In this document: positions 10,491 to 19,532 of the stretch, one piece after another
Numbering within the stretch: position 1 is the stretch's first letter
Layout of the letters: every line of letters starts with the position of its first letter
Assembly (NCBI GenBank): GCA_965215195.1
Contig: CBDCDC010000002.1
Span: 3,968,001-4,032,000, forward strand
Direction: 5' to 3'
DNA length: 64,000 nucleotides
Source of the DNA: Candidatus Latescibacterota bacterium
GTDB lineage: Bacteria > Latescibacterota > UBA2968 > UBA8231
Position numbers and translations under genes: made by a program
Notes under the pieces: model-generated
Told to the model about the DNA's origin: nothing
The model's database searches: none
Seen by the model: only the letters and a program-made list of their open reading frames with translations

Positions 10491-10808
10491 GACGACTACG
10501 TGGCATTAGTTAAAATGTTGAGATCGGAAGGTGTCGCTGATCCGAACGAGTACAGCCACTTGGCGCAAGACCGGCAGCGACTCCAAAGTGAACTCGCGAA
10601 TCTAAACTCCATCCGGGAAGAGCAAAGCAGACTGATAGAGGAATCGCAGCAGTATCTCCGAAAAGTTCTCGAATGTCGGCGAGCCGTAAGCGAAAGGCGA
10701 GATGCCTTCTTGGCACAAGCGTTGTCTGGGAACCGCTTCGTGCGCATCCGCAATCGCAGGTATGGCGAAAACCCGAGAATCATCGAGTACTCCTTTCGCG
10801 AAGCACTA

Positions 10809-12026
10809 GTGTCTTTTGACAACTAAAGTTATGGATGCGATATTCATGTCGAATCTCCAGCGCGAACTGATACCTGAGGAGTCTAGATATGAAGAAATAT
10901 ATCGTGCGTCTCCCCGACGAAGCGCGTCAGCAGTTAGAAGCTCTGGTCAGCACAGGTCACGCCCCAGCCTACAAGATCAAACACGCGAATATACTTTTGA
11001 AAGCCGATGCAGCAGGGCCCTGCTGGACAGATAGGGCTATTGCGGAAGCATTCGCCTGCCATAGAGTCACCGTCGAAAACGTTCGGAAACGTTTTGTAGA
11101 GCACGGGATGCAGGCGGCCTTAGAACGTAAAAAGCGCGTACAGCCGCCCCGCGAGAAGATTCTGGATGGAGCCGGTGAAGCCCGTTTGATCGCGCTGGCT
11201 TGTAGCCATCCCCCCGAAGGACGCAACCGCTGGACATTGGAGTTACTGGCCGACACGTTGGTCGAACTCAACGTGGTGGACTCCATTTCGTATCGCACGG
11301 TGGGACGGACGCTAAAAAAAACGAATTGAAGCCGCATCTGCGTACCTGTTGGGTGATTCCACCTGAACAAAATGCAGCCTTTGTAGCCTGCATGGAAGAT
11401 GTTCTGGATCTGTATCATCGGCCCTACGATCCGAAAAGGCCTTGGGTGTGCATGGATGAGCAGCCCATCCAGTTGATTGGAGAAACCCGTATCCCGCTGC
11501 CCGCACGGCCTGGACACCCCCAACGGTATGATTACGAATACGCGCACAATGGCACAGCGGTCAATTTTCTGTTTACAGACCCCTTGGCCGGTTGGCGCAA
11601 GGTCAATGTGCGCTCACGCAAGACCGCTGTGGACTGGGCTTTTGAAATCAAAGAGCTATTGGAGGTGGATTATCCAGATGCTGAAGTGGTCTTGGTGGTG
11701 TGTGATAATCTCAACACGCACACGATTGCCGCTTTGTATGAAGCGTTTGAACCGGCCCAAGCGCGCCGGTTAGTTAGACGACTTGAGTTGCATTACACCC
11801 CCAAACATGGCAGTTGGCTCAATATCGCTGAAATTGAGTTGCGCATTTTGTCCCAGCAATGTCTAAATGCGCGCATACCCGATGAAGAGACCTTGAAGGC
11901 GGAAACCCACGCTTGGGAACAGGCACGCAACGAAAACCAGAAAGCCGTGGACTGGCGGTTTACCACCGATGATGCGCGCATTAAACTGAAACGGCTTTAC
12001 CCAAAATTTTAAGTGTCAATAGATAC
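10809..12026 (+). mobile_element. IS630-family insertion sequence, apparently intact (1218 bp)
   Basis: Imperfect 26-bp terminal IRs (GTGTCTTTTGACAACTAAAGTTATGG vs GTATCTATTGACACTTAAAATTTTGG) and TA duplication at 10807-10808 and 12027-12028. Confidence 0.93.
10889..12012 (+). CDS. IS630 transposase (HTH orfA 10889-11329 plus DDE orfB to 12012, joined by -1 frameshift)
   Basis: A8 tract at 11314-11321; CMDE, DNLNTH and SWLNIAEIEL DDE motifs. Confidence 0.92.
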
Positions 12027-12722
12027 TAGGTGATTTCGACCACTTTGAGCGAGATATCCTCAATATGGAGACCGGAAATCCTAAGGGTATCGTCGCTCGA
12101 CTGATCGAAAACTTGCCGGAGGATCCAACCAAGCGGTATCGGGAAATCGAGAACCGCATCGATCATCTGAAACAACGCCTCGCTGCCGCATGCGAGGGAA
12201 AGGGAGATTTCGGTGGACGATTGAATAACTATCTCCAGCGAAATTTCGAGCGAGCGCCGGAATTTCTCGACAAGTTGCTGACTTGGTTTCCCGATGACAG
12301 CCTGATCGTGGAGTACAGCCGTCGGGGCGACGGAGCCGACTTTCAGCCCATTGCTCAAGCCTCTGCCGGGCAACGATCCGCGGCGATGCTGGCTTTCCTG
12401 CTGGCCCACGGCGAGGAGCCGCTGGTACTCGATCAACCTGAAGACGATTTGGACAACTACCTAATCTACGACTTGGTTGTGCGCCAAATACGGGAGAACA
12501 AGCTTAGACGTCAGATCATCGTGGTAACGCACAATCCCAACATCGTCGTGAACGGAGATGCAGACATGCTCCACGCCTTGGATTTCAGAGCCGGACAATG
12601 CAGGGTTATCCAGTCGGGATCGTTGCAAGAAGAATCCATCCGAGAAGAAGTCTGCCGGATCATGGAAGGCGGCCGGGAGGCATTCGAGCGCCGTTACCGC
12701 AGACTGAGATCGGAGTCGAGGC

Positions 12723-13979
12723 ATGTTCGATAGCAAGAAGGAATTACTCGACAAGATTCGCCTTGGCGAAGACTCGTTCATCGAGTTCAAGGAGGTGCGC
12801 TTCGCCAGGCAAAGGCTTACCACACCGCACCGGAATTCGCTTGCGGACAAACTCGCTGCCTTCGCCAACAGTCGCGGCGGAGTTCTCGTCCTAGGCGTCC
12901 AAGATAAACCGCGCGAGATTTTGGGTATCGCTCTCGATGATCTCAGTAGAGCCGAGCTTGTCGTACGCGAGATTTGCCGCGATGCGATCGAGCCACCGCT
13001 GGCACCCGTAATAGAGCGACTCTGGCTGCCAACTACCGGCGAGGATGTAGCCGTCATCAAGATTGACGTGGCCCAAAGTTTGTTCGTCCATCAAAGTCCA
13101 GGAGGGTTTGTCCACCGAATCGGCAGCGAGAAACGTCGCATGTCGGTCGAATATATTGCCCGATTAATATCGCAGCGCTCGCAGACGCGAATGATTCGCT
13201 TCGACGAAGATGTCGTTGCCGGAAGTACGCTGAACGATTTGCAGCCCGATCTATTCGAGCGATTTCGCACAGCCCGATCGGCCAGCGACCTTCGGCACTT
13301 CTTGTCCAATTTGCACATGATGCGCTCGGACGAAAAAGGCGAACTCAGACCAACCGTAGCCGGCGTACTAATCGGCACGTCCGATGCACGATCTTGGTTG
13401 CCTAATGCATACATCCAAGCGGTTGCCTATCGGGGAACAAAAATTAGGGCGGGATCGGACGATCCTTACCAAATTGATGCGGAAGATCTGATCGGCCCCT
13501 TGGATCAGCAAATCGAAGATGCTTGCCGGTTCGTCGCAAAGAACATGAAGACGGCGGCTTTCAAGAACATGGGACGATCGGACCGGCCGCAATTTGATAT
13601 GTCGGCGGTCTTCGAAGCAGTCGTCAACGCGATAGCGCATCGTGATTACTCGATCTACGGCTCGAAAGTCCGGATGCGACTTTTCGAGGATCGCCTAGAA
13701 CTTTATTCTCCTGGTTCGATCCCGAATTCCATGTCCGTAGAAGCTCTAAGCGATATCCAAGCTACGAGAAACGAAGTGATCGCAAGTTTGCTGGCCAAAA
13801 TTCCGGTCTCAGATCGCCCTTGGCTGGTCACTGATCGTTCGACATTGATGGACCGGCGGGGCGAAGGTGTGAGCGTCATCTTGGACAACAGCGAGCGGCT
13901 CTCCGGGAAGACGCCGGAGTATCGAATGATCGGTGGCGAAGAACTCCTTCTGACGATTTGGGCCGCGGATATATCGTGA
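12723..13979 (+). CDS. Schlafen/AlbA_2 plus HATPase_c_4 (RecG C-terminal-like) ATP-binding protein
   Basis: GEDSFIEFKE, AAFANSRGGVLVLGV, EAVVNAIAHRDYS, RLELYSPG. Confidence 0.85.
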   Translation: MFDSKKELLDKIRLGEDSFIEFKEVRFARQRLTTPHRNSLADKLAAFANSRGGVLVLGVQDKPREILGIALDDLSRAELVVREICRDAIEPPLAPVIERLWLPTTGEDVAVIKIDVAQSLFVHQSPGGFVHRIGSEKRRMSVEYIARLISQRSQTRMIRFDEDVVAGSTLNDLQPDLFERFRTARSASDLRHFLSNLHMMRSDEKGELRPTVAGVLIGTSDARSWLPNAYIQAVAYRGTKIRAGSDDPYQIDAEDLIGPLDQQIEDACRFVAKNMKTAAFKNMGRSDRPQFDMSAVFEAVVNAIAHRDYSIYGSKVRMRLFEDRLELYSPGSIPNSMSVEALSDIQATRNEVIASLLAKIPVSDRPWLVTDRSTLMDRRGEGVSVILDNSERLSGKTPEYRMIGGEELLLTIWAADIS

Positions 13980-14347
13980 ACACCATAGGCATTCAGGCCG
14001 ACCATTCGAGATTAACGGTAACTGAGGCATTGATTCGTTCTCTTGAGGATGCAGTCAGCTACAACCCAAATGACGCCGTGCGTCCGTGCGCTATCCTGTG
14101 GACGGATCAGGATGCTCAGTGGCAGCCTATTATTCCTCGACTCCGGCAACTGCTACCGAACCTCCTGACGCTCGGGGAATACCAGCCCGATCAGCGCATC
14201 GGCCCGGCGATCTGGCTGCGAAGTGCCGTGGACCGGGCGTTGCCGGACATTGAATGGCCCGAAGAAAAGCCTCCGATTCTATACCTTCCCCAAGTCAGCC
14301 GACAGGAACTCCGGGCGGTCCAGGAGTACCCAGACAACCTGAAGCCA
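13976..14347 (+). pseudogene. N-terminal fragment of BREX phosphatase PglZ (type B-like)
   Basis: YNPNDAVRPCAILWTDQDAQWQPII...LTLGEYQPDQRIGPAIWLRS...PILYLPQVSRQELRAV; similarity stops at DNLKP. Confidence 0.65.
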
Positions 14348-14349
14348 TC

Positions 14350-14555
14350 GGCCACGGCTAGGAGGTGCGCGGAAATATCGACGGAGGTGACGCGTCCGCC
14401 GAGGCAGCCAATGCAAAGGCGACCTCGTTGTCGCCGCTCCGCAACACGCAGACCTCGACCCCTCGTATATCTGCGACATAGCGCATTTCGGCCTCTCTTA
14501 GCACTAGACGCGGCTCTTGGTACGCCCGCATCCACAGGCCGCGCCGATCCTCAAA
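14350..14555 (-). pseudogene. Fragment of a class I SAM-dependent methyltransferase
   Basis: EDRRGLWMRAYQEPRLVLREAEMRYVADIRGVEVCVLRSGDNEVAFALA, then frameshift to GGRVTSVDISAHLLAVA (SAM motifs I and II); truncated at the island edge. Confidence 0.55.
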
Positions 14556-14591
14556 CGCAGTACCGGCGGGGATTGTAGGGCTGGCCGCGGC

Positions 14592-15836
14592 TTAGCGCAA
14601 TCGCCCCGCGCTGTCAAATGCCATCTCGGCCAATGCGCCGGTTTGCTCTAAGTCGGGATGGTCGCCGAACTCTCGCAGCAGGCTTGCGGACAGTTGGATG
14701 TGGCCGATGTCGAGGGTGTTTTTGATGCGGACGACGCGCGCCTGTTCCGGGTGGGCGAGGTTTTGCACCGAGAGCGCGGCCTCAATGGCGGCGCGGTCGG
14801 TTTCCATGACGACTGGCACGTACGCGCGGTTGAGGAAGGTGGAGGTGAACACGTTGGCGTACGTGGCCTTGAAGTCGATGCGCTCGTACAGGCGGCGGGT
14901 GATGATGTCGGCGAGGCCAACGCCGTTGGCATTGCCGTGACTTTCGTCGGTCAGGTCGAGCACCACGATGCGGGCTGCACCCGGGGACTCCGGCTCCTTG
15001 ACGCCGGGCAGGAGCATGCGGCCGACGACGTTGGTGTCCATGCCGGTGCCCGAGATATTCTTGCCGATTTGCTCGATGATCAGCAGGTCAATGCCTTGGA
15101 CGAAGAGGCGGGGCATGGCGCGTCGCGCTTCCTCTAAAAGCTGAGGCTCGCGGCTTTGGAACTCCTTGGGTTGCAGGGCCTCAACGCGGAGGGTCTTTTC
15201 ATAGGCGTTTTCGACAATGGCCAATCCCATGAGGATCGGCGCTTGGTTGAGGATGCAGCGGCCCCAAGCCGGGATCAGGCGAGCGAGACTCTCGGCACCG
15301 CCGGCGTGGGCCATGGTCGCGCCGCGGTGGCTGCCCAAGCCAATGGTCATCATCTTCATCAGGCCGCTTTCAAACGGGCCGCGGAAGGAGGTGTGCGGCT
15401 TGACGCGGTTGACGAGCACCACGCCATCGGCTTGGATGGCGAGCCGGTTGAGCAGCACTGGGGTGCCGTCGCTGAGCCGGGCGACCTCGACGACATCCAT
15501 GGTGGCCTCGACCGGGCAGCCCATGCGCTCGGCGTCGAGACCATAGCTGGCCAGCACCTGCTTTTGGCCGGCGGCCGTGGCACCGCCGTGACTGCCCATA
15601 GCTGGCAGCAGGAAGGGTGCGCCGCCGGCCTCTTTGACGCAGTCGATGACAGTGCGGGTGATGAGCTGGATATTGGCGATGCCGCGGCTGCCGCCCGCAA
15701 CGGCAATCCGCGCGCCGGGGGCGATGGCATCGGCTAGACCAGCGCGCGCTAGCTGGCGGCGGACCTCGCCGGCCACGTCGGCGAGCGATTCGCTGGCAAA
15801 GTGCTGTTTGACCGGGGCCATTTGCGGTAGTTGCAC
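14592..15836 (-). CDS. LarA (nickel-pincer lactate racemase) superfamily / DUF362-like protein
   Basis: GGSRGIANI, PAMGSHGGAT, NRVKPHTSF, GKNISGTGMDTNV, HGNANGVGLAD. Confidence 0.75.
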   Translation of the reverse strand: MQLPQMAPVKQHFASESLADVAGEVRRQLARAGLADAIAPGARIAVAGGSRGIANIQLITRTVIDCVKEAGGAPFLLPAMGSHGGATAAGQKQVLASYGLDAERMGCPVEATMDVVEVARLSDGTPVLLNRLAIQADGVVLVNRVKPHTSFRGPFESGLMKMMTIGLGSHRGATMAHAGGAESLARLIPAWGRCILNQAPILMGLAIVENAYEKTLRVEALQPKEFQSREPQLLEEARRAMPRLFVQGIDLLIIEQIGKNISGTGMDTNVVGRMLLPGVKEPESPGAARIVVLDLTDESHGNANGVGLADIITRRLYERIDFKATYANVFTSTFLNRAYVPVVMETDRAAIEAALSVQNLAHPEQARVVRIKNTLDIGHIQLSASLLREFGDHPDLEQTGALAEMAFDSAGRLR

Positions 15837-15847
15837 GACGGGTCCCT

Positions 15848-16417
15848 CTAGGCCTCGCCGACCAAGGCGGCGCGCAGGCGCTGGGCGCGCTCGCCGATCG
15901 GCAGGGCCGGTTTGGGCACCGGCTCGGTGGCCGGGGCGATTTTCCAGATAAAGACGACTGGGCCTTCTTCCGCAAAGTGCTGGTCGAGCTTGGCGTCGAA
16001 GTCGGAGTCGGTGTCGATGGTATAGACGCGCTGGAGGCCGGCCCCGCGGCAGATTTGCTCGTAGTCGATAAAGGCGGCCCCGGGCACGGGCTGACTGCCG
16101 GTTACTTCATAGGTGCCGTTTTCCGTGATGACGAGGGTTAGATTCGGGGCCGGGCGCTGGGCCAAGGTGACGAGTACACCCAGCGACATGAGGGTGCTGC
16201 CATCGCCGTTGAGGCACAAGACCCGGCGCTCGGGCCGGGCAATGGCCAAGCCCAGCGCAAAGTCGGCCGCGTGGCCCATGGCGCTTTCGACGTGGGCAAA
16301 GTCTAGCGGGCCGTCGGAGTGCACGGCCCAAGGCATGGCCACGCTCATGGTGGTGACCACGACTTCGTCCGTGCGCTTAGCGGCCAGTTTTTCGAGGCAG
16401 GTGTATTTGTCGAGCAT
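15848..16417 (-). CDS. TPP-dependent decarboxylase beta subunit (ComE/phosphonopyruvate decarboxylase-like)
   Basis: TPP motif GDGSTLMSLG...ENGTYEVTGSQP. Confidence 0.85.
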   Translation of the reverse strand: MLDKYTCLEKLAAKRTDEVVVTTMSVAMPWAVHSDGPLDFAHVESAMGHAADFALGLAIARPERRVLCLNGDGSTLMSLGVLVTLAQRPAPNLTLVITENGTYEVTGSQPVPGAAFIDYEQICRGAGLQRVYTIDTDSDFDAKLDQHFAEEGPVVFIWKIAPATEPVPKPALPIGERAQRLRAALVGEA

Positions 16418-16418
16418 C

Positions 16419-16913
16419 TCACGTAGTCTCCGCGACGAGCAACACAGCGGTTGGCAGGGAAGTGGCCTCGGCCTTGTGGAAGGCCGCGTCGAGCTGGTCC
16501 ATATCGCCGTCCGCGTGCATGGCGGTGTAGGGGATGTTCCAAGCCTTGAGGGTCGGCTCGAAAAAGGTGGCGGCCGTATCGACTCGGGAAGCTCCTCGGG
16601 CCATGGTCGCGTAGCCGCGGTAGCCGACGAGCATTACGAGGGGAATGCCCATGTTGTAGGCCGTGCCGCGCAAGGCGTCGCCGGCCTCCAAAAAGCCCGT
16701 GTTTTGGATCAACACCAGCGGATGGGCACCGCCCAAATACAGGCCGGAGGCCAAGCCGTACGCCTCGCCCTCGCGGCTGGTGAGGATCACTTCGATGGTG
16801 TCGTGCTCCCACAGGTGCTCGTACAGAGCGCACGAGCCGTTGTCTGGTACACCTAGCACGTGCGTAATGCCGTGCCGTTCGAGGGCGGCGACGATCTTGG
16901 CGGCGCTAATCAC
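16419..16913 (-). CDS. TPP-dependent decarboxylase alpha subunit (ComD-like)
   Basis: GITHVLGVPD, SREGEAYGLASGLYLGG, LIQNTG, MLVGYRG; GTG start at 16913. Confidence 0.85.
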   Translation of the reverse strand: MISAAKIVAALERHGITHVLGVPDNGSCALYEHLWEHDTIEVILTSREGEAYGLASGLYLGGAHPLVLIQNTGFLEAGDALRGTAYNMGIPLVMLVGYRGYATMARGASRVDTAATFFEPTLKAWNIPYTAMHADGDMDQLDAAFHKAEATSLPTAVLLVAETT

Positions 16914-16917
16914 GGGC

Positions 16918-18114
16918 TTACTCGGCGAAGATCGCACGGGTGGAGATGCCGCTCTGATGGCCTTCTTGCTGAATGCCGCCGATAAACTGGGCGGTGCGGC
17001 CAGCCGGGGCCGTGCCGGCGTAGTACGCGCTAAAGGACTCGTTGAAGGTGGCCAATGAAGCGCGATTTTGCGCGGAGTCGGCACCGGCGACGATATAGGC
17101 ATTGTTGAAGACGCCATCCTCTTTGAGTCCCGCGCCTCCGGCTTCCTTTATTCGGGCGTCGAGTGCGCCGAGCTGCTGGCCAGCGTCGCTGCCGCCGATG
17201 GCCGAGACGTGGACTTCGCACACGCCGTGGTGGCGCAGGCCCGCCCAGGTCGAGAAGCCGTCCTCGAACTGCCCCGAGCGCGCGATTTCGACTTCGCCGG
17301 AGACCACGCGCGGCTGCGGCTCGATGATGCCGTCGAGATTGGGTATCCGCGACACCGGGTAGATCAAGCCGGCGGGGCGGTCGTCGCCGTAGTAATCCGC
17401 AAAGACTTGGCGAGTGGTCTCGATGCGCTCCCAAGTTTTGTCTGGAGCGTCGTCCACAGCCACGAGGATTTCCATAAACACGGTCTGCTTTTTGAAGTCA
17501 ATGCCTTGCTCGGCAAAGGGCTTGGCGTATTGCTCGTCGAGTATAAAGCGCATTTCCTCGGCCAAGTCCGAGCCGAGCGTGGTGATCATTTCGCCGTTTC
17601 GCTGGTGCATGACCGAGGCACCCGAGGGCTGGTGATCGACCCAAGTGCCGTAGTCGATTTTGCCGCTGCTGATGGAGACGGCCTCGCCGGCACAGGCCTT
17701 GATTTGGACCTCGAAGAGGGCCGCCGGGTCCGGGAAGCCCTCTGGGTGGGTGAAGCGGGCCATGCGATTGGAGCGCAAGGGGCCGCCGGTGACGGCCGCG
17801 ATCATGGCCCCGTAGCAGGCGTTGAAGTCGTTTTTGCGCTGGTCGCACTCGGCGCGGTCCGCAGAAGGAGTGGTCCACAGGACGTCGGTCTTGTACACGT
17901 CGGACCAGCGGACGCCGCAGATTTCGAGGCCCTTGTTGAGGTTTTCAATGGTGCCGAACCACTCCGAGCCGACGTCGTTGGCGTACTGGGTGCCAACGTT
18001 GCCCGACGGCTCCACTAGGCGCACGACGTGGCCGTTGTCGTCGGTGATGAGCACTTCGGTGGGGTTGGAAAAGATGGCGATGGGATTGTGGCGGACGATA
18101 TTGACTTGGGCCAT
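16918..18114 (-). CDS. Hypothetical protein with three degenerate RidA/YjgF-like domains
   Basis: Three copies of a RidA C-half pattern ending PDPAALFEVQIKA, RPAGLIYPVSRIPNLDGIIEPQ and APAGRTAQFIGGIQ; start MAQVNI after GAGGAG. Confidence 0.55.
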   Translation of the reverse strand: MAQVNIVRHNPIAIFSNPTEVLITDDNGHVVRLVEPSGNVGTQYANDVGSEWFGTIENLNKGLEICGVRWSDVYKTDVLWTTPSADRAECDQRKNDFNACYGAMIAAVTGGPLRSNRMARFTHPEGFPDPAALFEVQIKACAGEAVSISSGKIDYGTWVDHQPSGASVMHQRNGEMITTLGSDLAEEMRFILDEQYAKPFAEQGIDFKKQTVFMEILVAVDDAPDKTWERIETTRQVFADYYGDDRPAGLIYPVSRIPNLDGIIEPQPRVVSGEVEIARSGQFEDGFSTWAGLRHHGVCEVHVSAIGGSDAGQQLGALDARIKEAGGAGLKEDGVFNNAYIVAGADSAQNRASLATFNESFSAYYAGTAPAGRTAQFIGGIQQEGHQSGISTRAIFAE

Positions 18115-18204
18115 GAGCTCCTCGGTTGATTTTGTGAAGGGTTGCCGCGAATTATATTGCAAAAAATACGCGGTCTGCCGACGATAGACAATAGGGAGAG
18201 GCCG

Positions 18205-18885
18205 ATGTCCACCTGCGCCGTGCTCTTTGCCAAGAAACCAGCTCCCGGAGCGGTCAAAACCCGGCTCCAGAGCCGTTTGAGTGCCTCTGAGGCCGCGCGC
18301 CTGTACGAGGCCCTGCTGCTTGATTGCGCCATTGCGCTGGACGCAACAAAGGCCGCTGCCAAGGTCGTGGCCTTTGCCCCGGCCCATGCCGAAGACGCCC
18401 TGCGCACCCTGCTGACCCCGATCGGCGTCTTCGAGTACGTACCGCAGCCCGAAGGCGATTTAGGACAGCGGATGGAGGGCCTGATGCAGTGGGCCTTTGC
18501 ACACGGGGCCGAGCGGGTGGTCCTCGTCGGCTCGGACAGCCCTTCTCTGCCGGCCGCGTACATTGACGAGGGGCTGGCACTCTTGCGCGAGAAGGACGTG
18601 GTCTTAGGCCCGAGCATGGATGGCGGCTACTACTTGGTGGGCCGGCGCAAAGGGGAAAGCCGGATATTCCAAGGCGTGGCTTGGAGCAGCGGGATGGTGC
18701 TAGAGCAAACCCTAGCGCGTTTGGGGACGCAGACGCTCGGCCTGTTGCCGCCTTGGTACGACGTGGATACGCCGGCCGAGGCCGGGTTCCTAAAGGTGCA
18801 TCTCGAAGCCTTGGCGCGGGCGGGCAGTGCCCAAGGGCGGCACAGCTTGGCCGTGCTGCGCGAGCTCGCACTGCCGCTGCCCTAG
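18205..18885 (+). CDS. DUF2064/TIGR04282-like glycosyltransferase-fold protein
   Basis: FAKKPAPGAVKTRL, QPEGDLGQRM, GSDSP, VVLGPSMDGGYYLVG, YDVDT. Confidence 0.9.
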   Translation: MSTCAVLFAKKPAPGAVKTRLQSRLSASEAARLYEALLLDCAIALDATKAAAKVVAFAPAHAEDALRTLLTPIGVFEYVPQPEGDLGQRMEGLMQWAFAHGAERVVLVGSDSPSLPAAYIDEGLALLREKDVVLGPSMDGGYYLVGRRKGESRIFQGVAWSSGMVLEQTLARLGTQTLGLLPPWYDVDTPAEAGFLKVHLEALARAGSAQGRHSLAVLRELALPLP

Positions 18886-19532
18886 CGGTCGGCTCCCCTG
18901 CGGAACAGGTCTTCCCAGCGATCGAGTTCGCCCGGGGCAAGCGGTGGGTGGGGTTCGGTGCCGTCGCGAGCGGGTTCTGGCGCGGGGGTGCTCAATGCCC
19001 GGTCGGCCTCCTTGCGGAACAAGGCTTCCCAGCGATCGAGGTCGTCTGGGGCAAGCGGTGGGTGGGGTTCGGTGCCGTCGCGGGTGGGTGCCGTCGCGGG
19101 GGTGCTCGGTGTTTGGATGGGTCCTGTAAGTTCGTCGAGAAAATCCTCACAACAGGTCGAGCGGATCTTGTGGCGCGCGGCGCAGCGCTGGACTGCGCGG
19201 TCCGAGCTGATGACCCGCAGCCACTTGGCACCGTGTTTTTGCGCGACTGCCTCGGCGATCAGGTCGTCGGCTTGCTGAGGGTAGCGCGAGAATTCTATGG
19301 TGACGTGCGGGCCGCTCGCGCTCGGTGCGCTCGGCCATGCTCCGGTGCCATCGTAGTACAAGGTAATGTGCTTGTCGGCCCGGCGGCCGTAGGCGGCGAG
19401 GGCCTGCTGCAAGCGGCTGCGCGCCCGTTTTAGTGTATCGCCTCGGCCTTGGAAGAGCGGACTCAATTTAATGAGATTGTAGCCGTCTATGAGCAAGTGC
19501 TCTCTCTTGGTAGCCACCACTGCCGTCCTCAC
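18882..19532 (-). CDS. YacP-like NYN-domain ribonuclease with duplicated C-terminal tail
   Basis: LLIDGYNLI, YYDG, ADDLI, VISSDRAV. Confidence 0.85.
   Translation of the reverse strand: MRTAVVATKREHLLIDGYNLIKLSPLFQGRGDTLKRARSRLQQALAAYGRRADKHITLYYDGTGAWPSAPSASGPHVTIEFSRYPQQADDLIAEAVAQKHGAKWLRVISSDRAVQRCAARHKIRSTCCEDFLDELTGPIQTPSTPATAPTRDGTEPHPPLAPDDLDRWEALFRKEADRALSTPAPEPARDGTEPHPPLAPGELDRWEDLFRRGADR
18896..19110. repeat. Two-copy 114-bp tandem duplication (RDGTEPHPPLAPxxLDRWExLFR)
   Basis: CTTCCCAGCGATCGAG...GGTGCCGTCGCG at 18911 and 19025. Confidence 0.9.

Larger units (their letters stand above)
10491..12733 (+). pseudogene. C-terminal part of a TrlF-like ABC/AAA ATPase, interrupted by IS630
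   Basis: Removing 10809-12028 restores the frame (SFREAL-GDFDHFERDILNMET); signature SAGQRSAAML, Walker B LVLDQPEDD, H-loop VVTHNPN. Confidence 0.75.
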
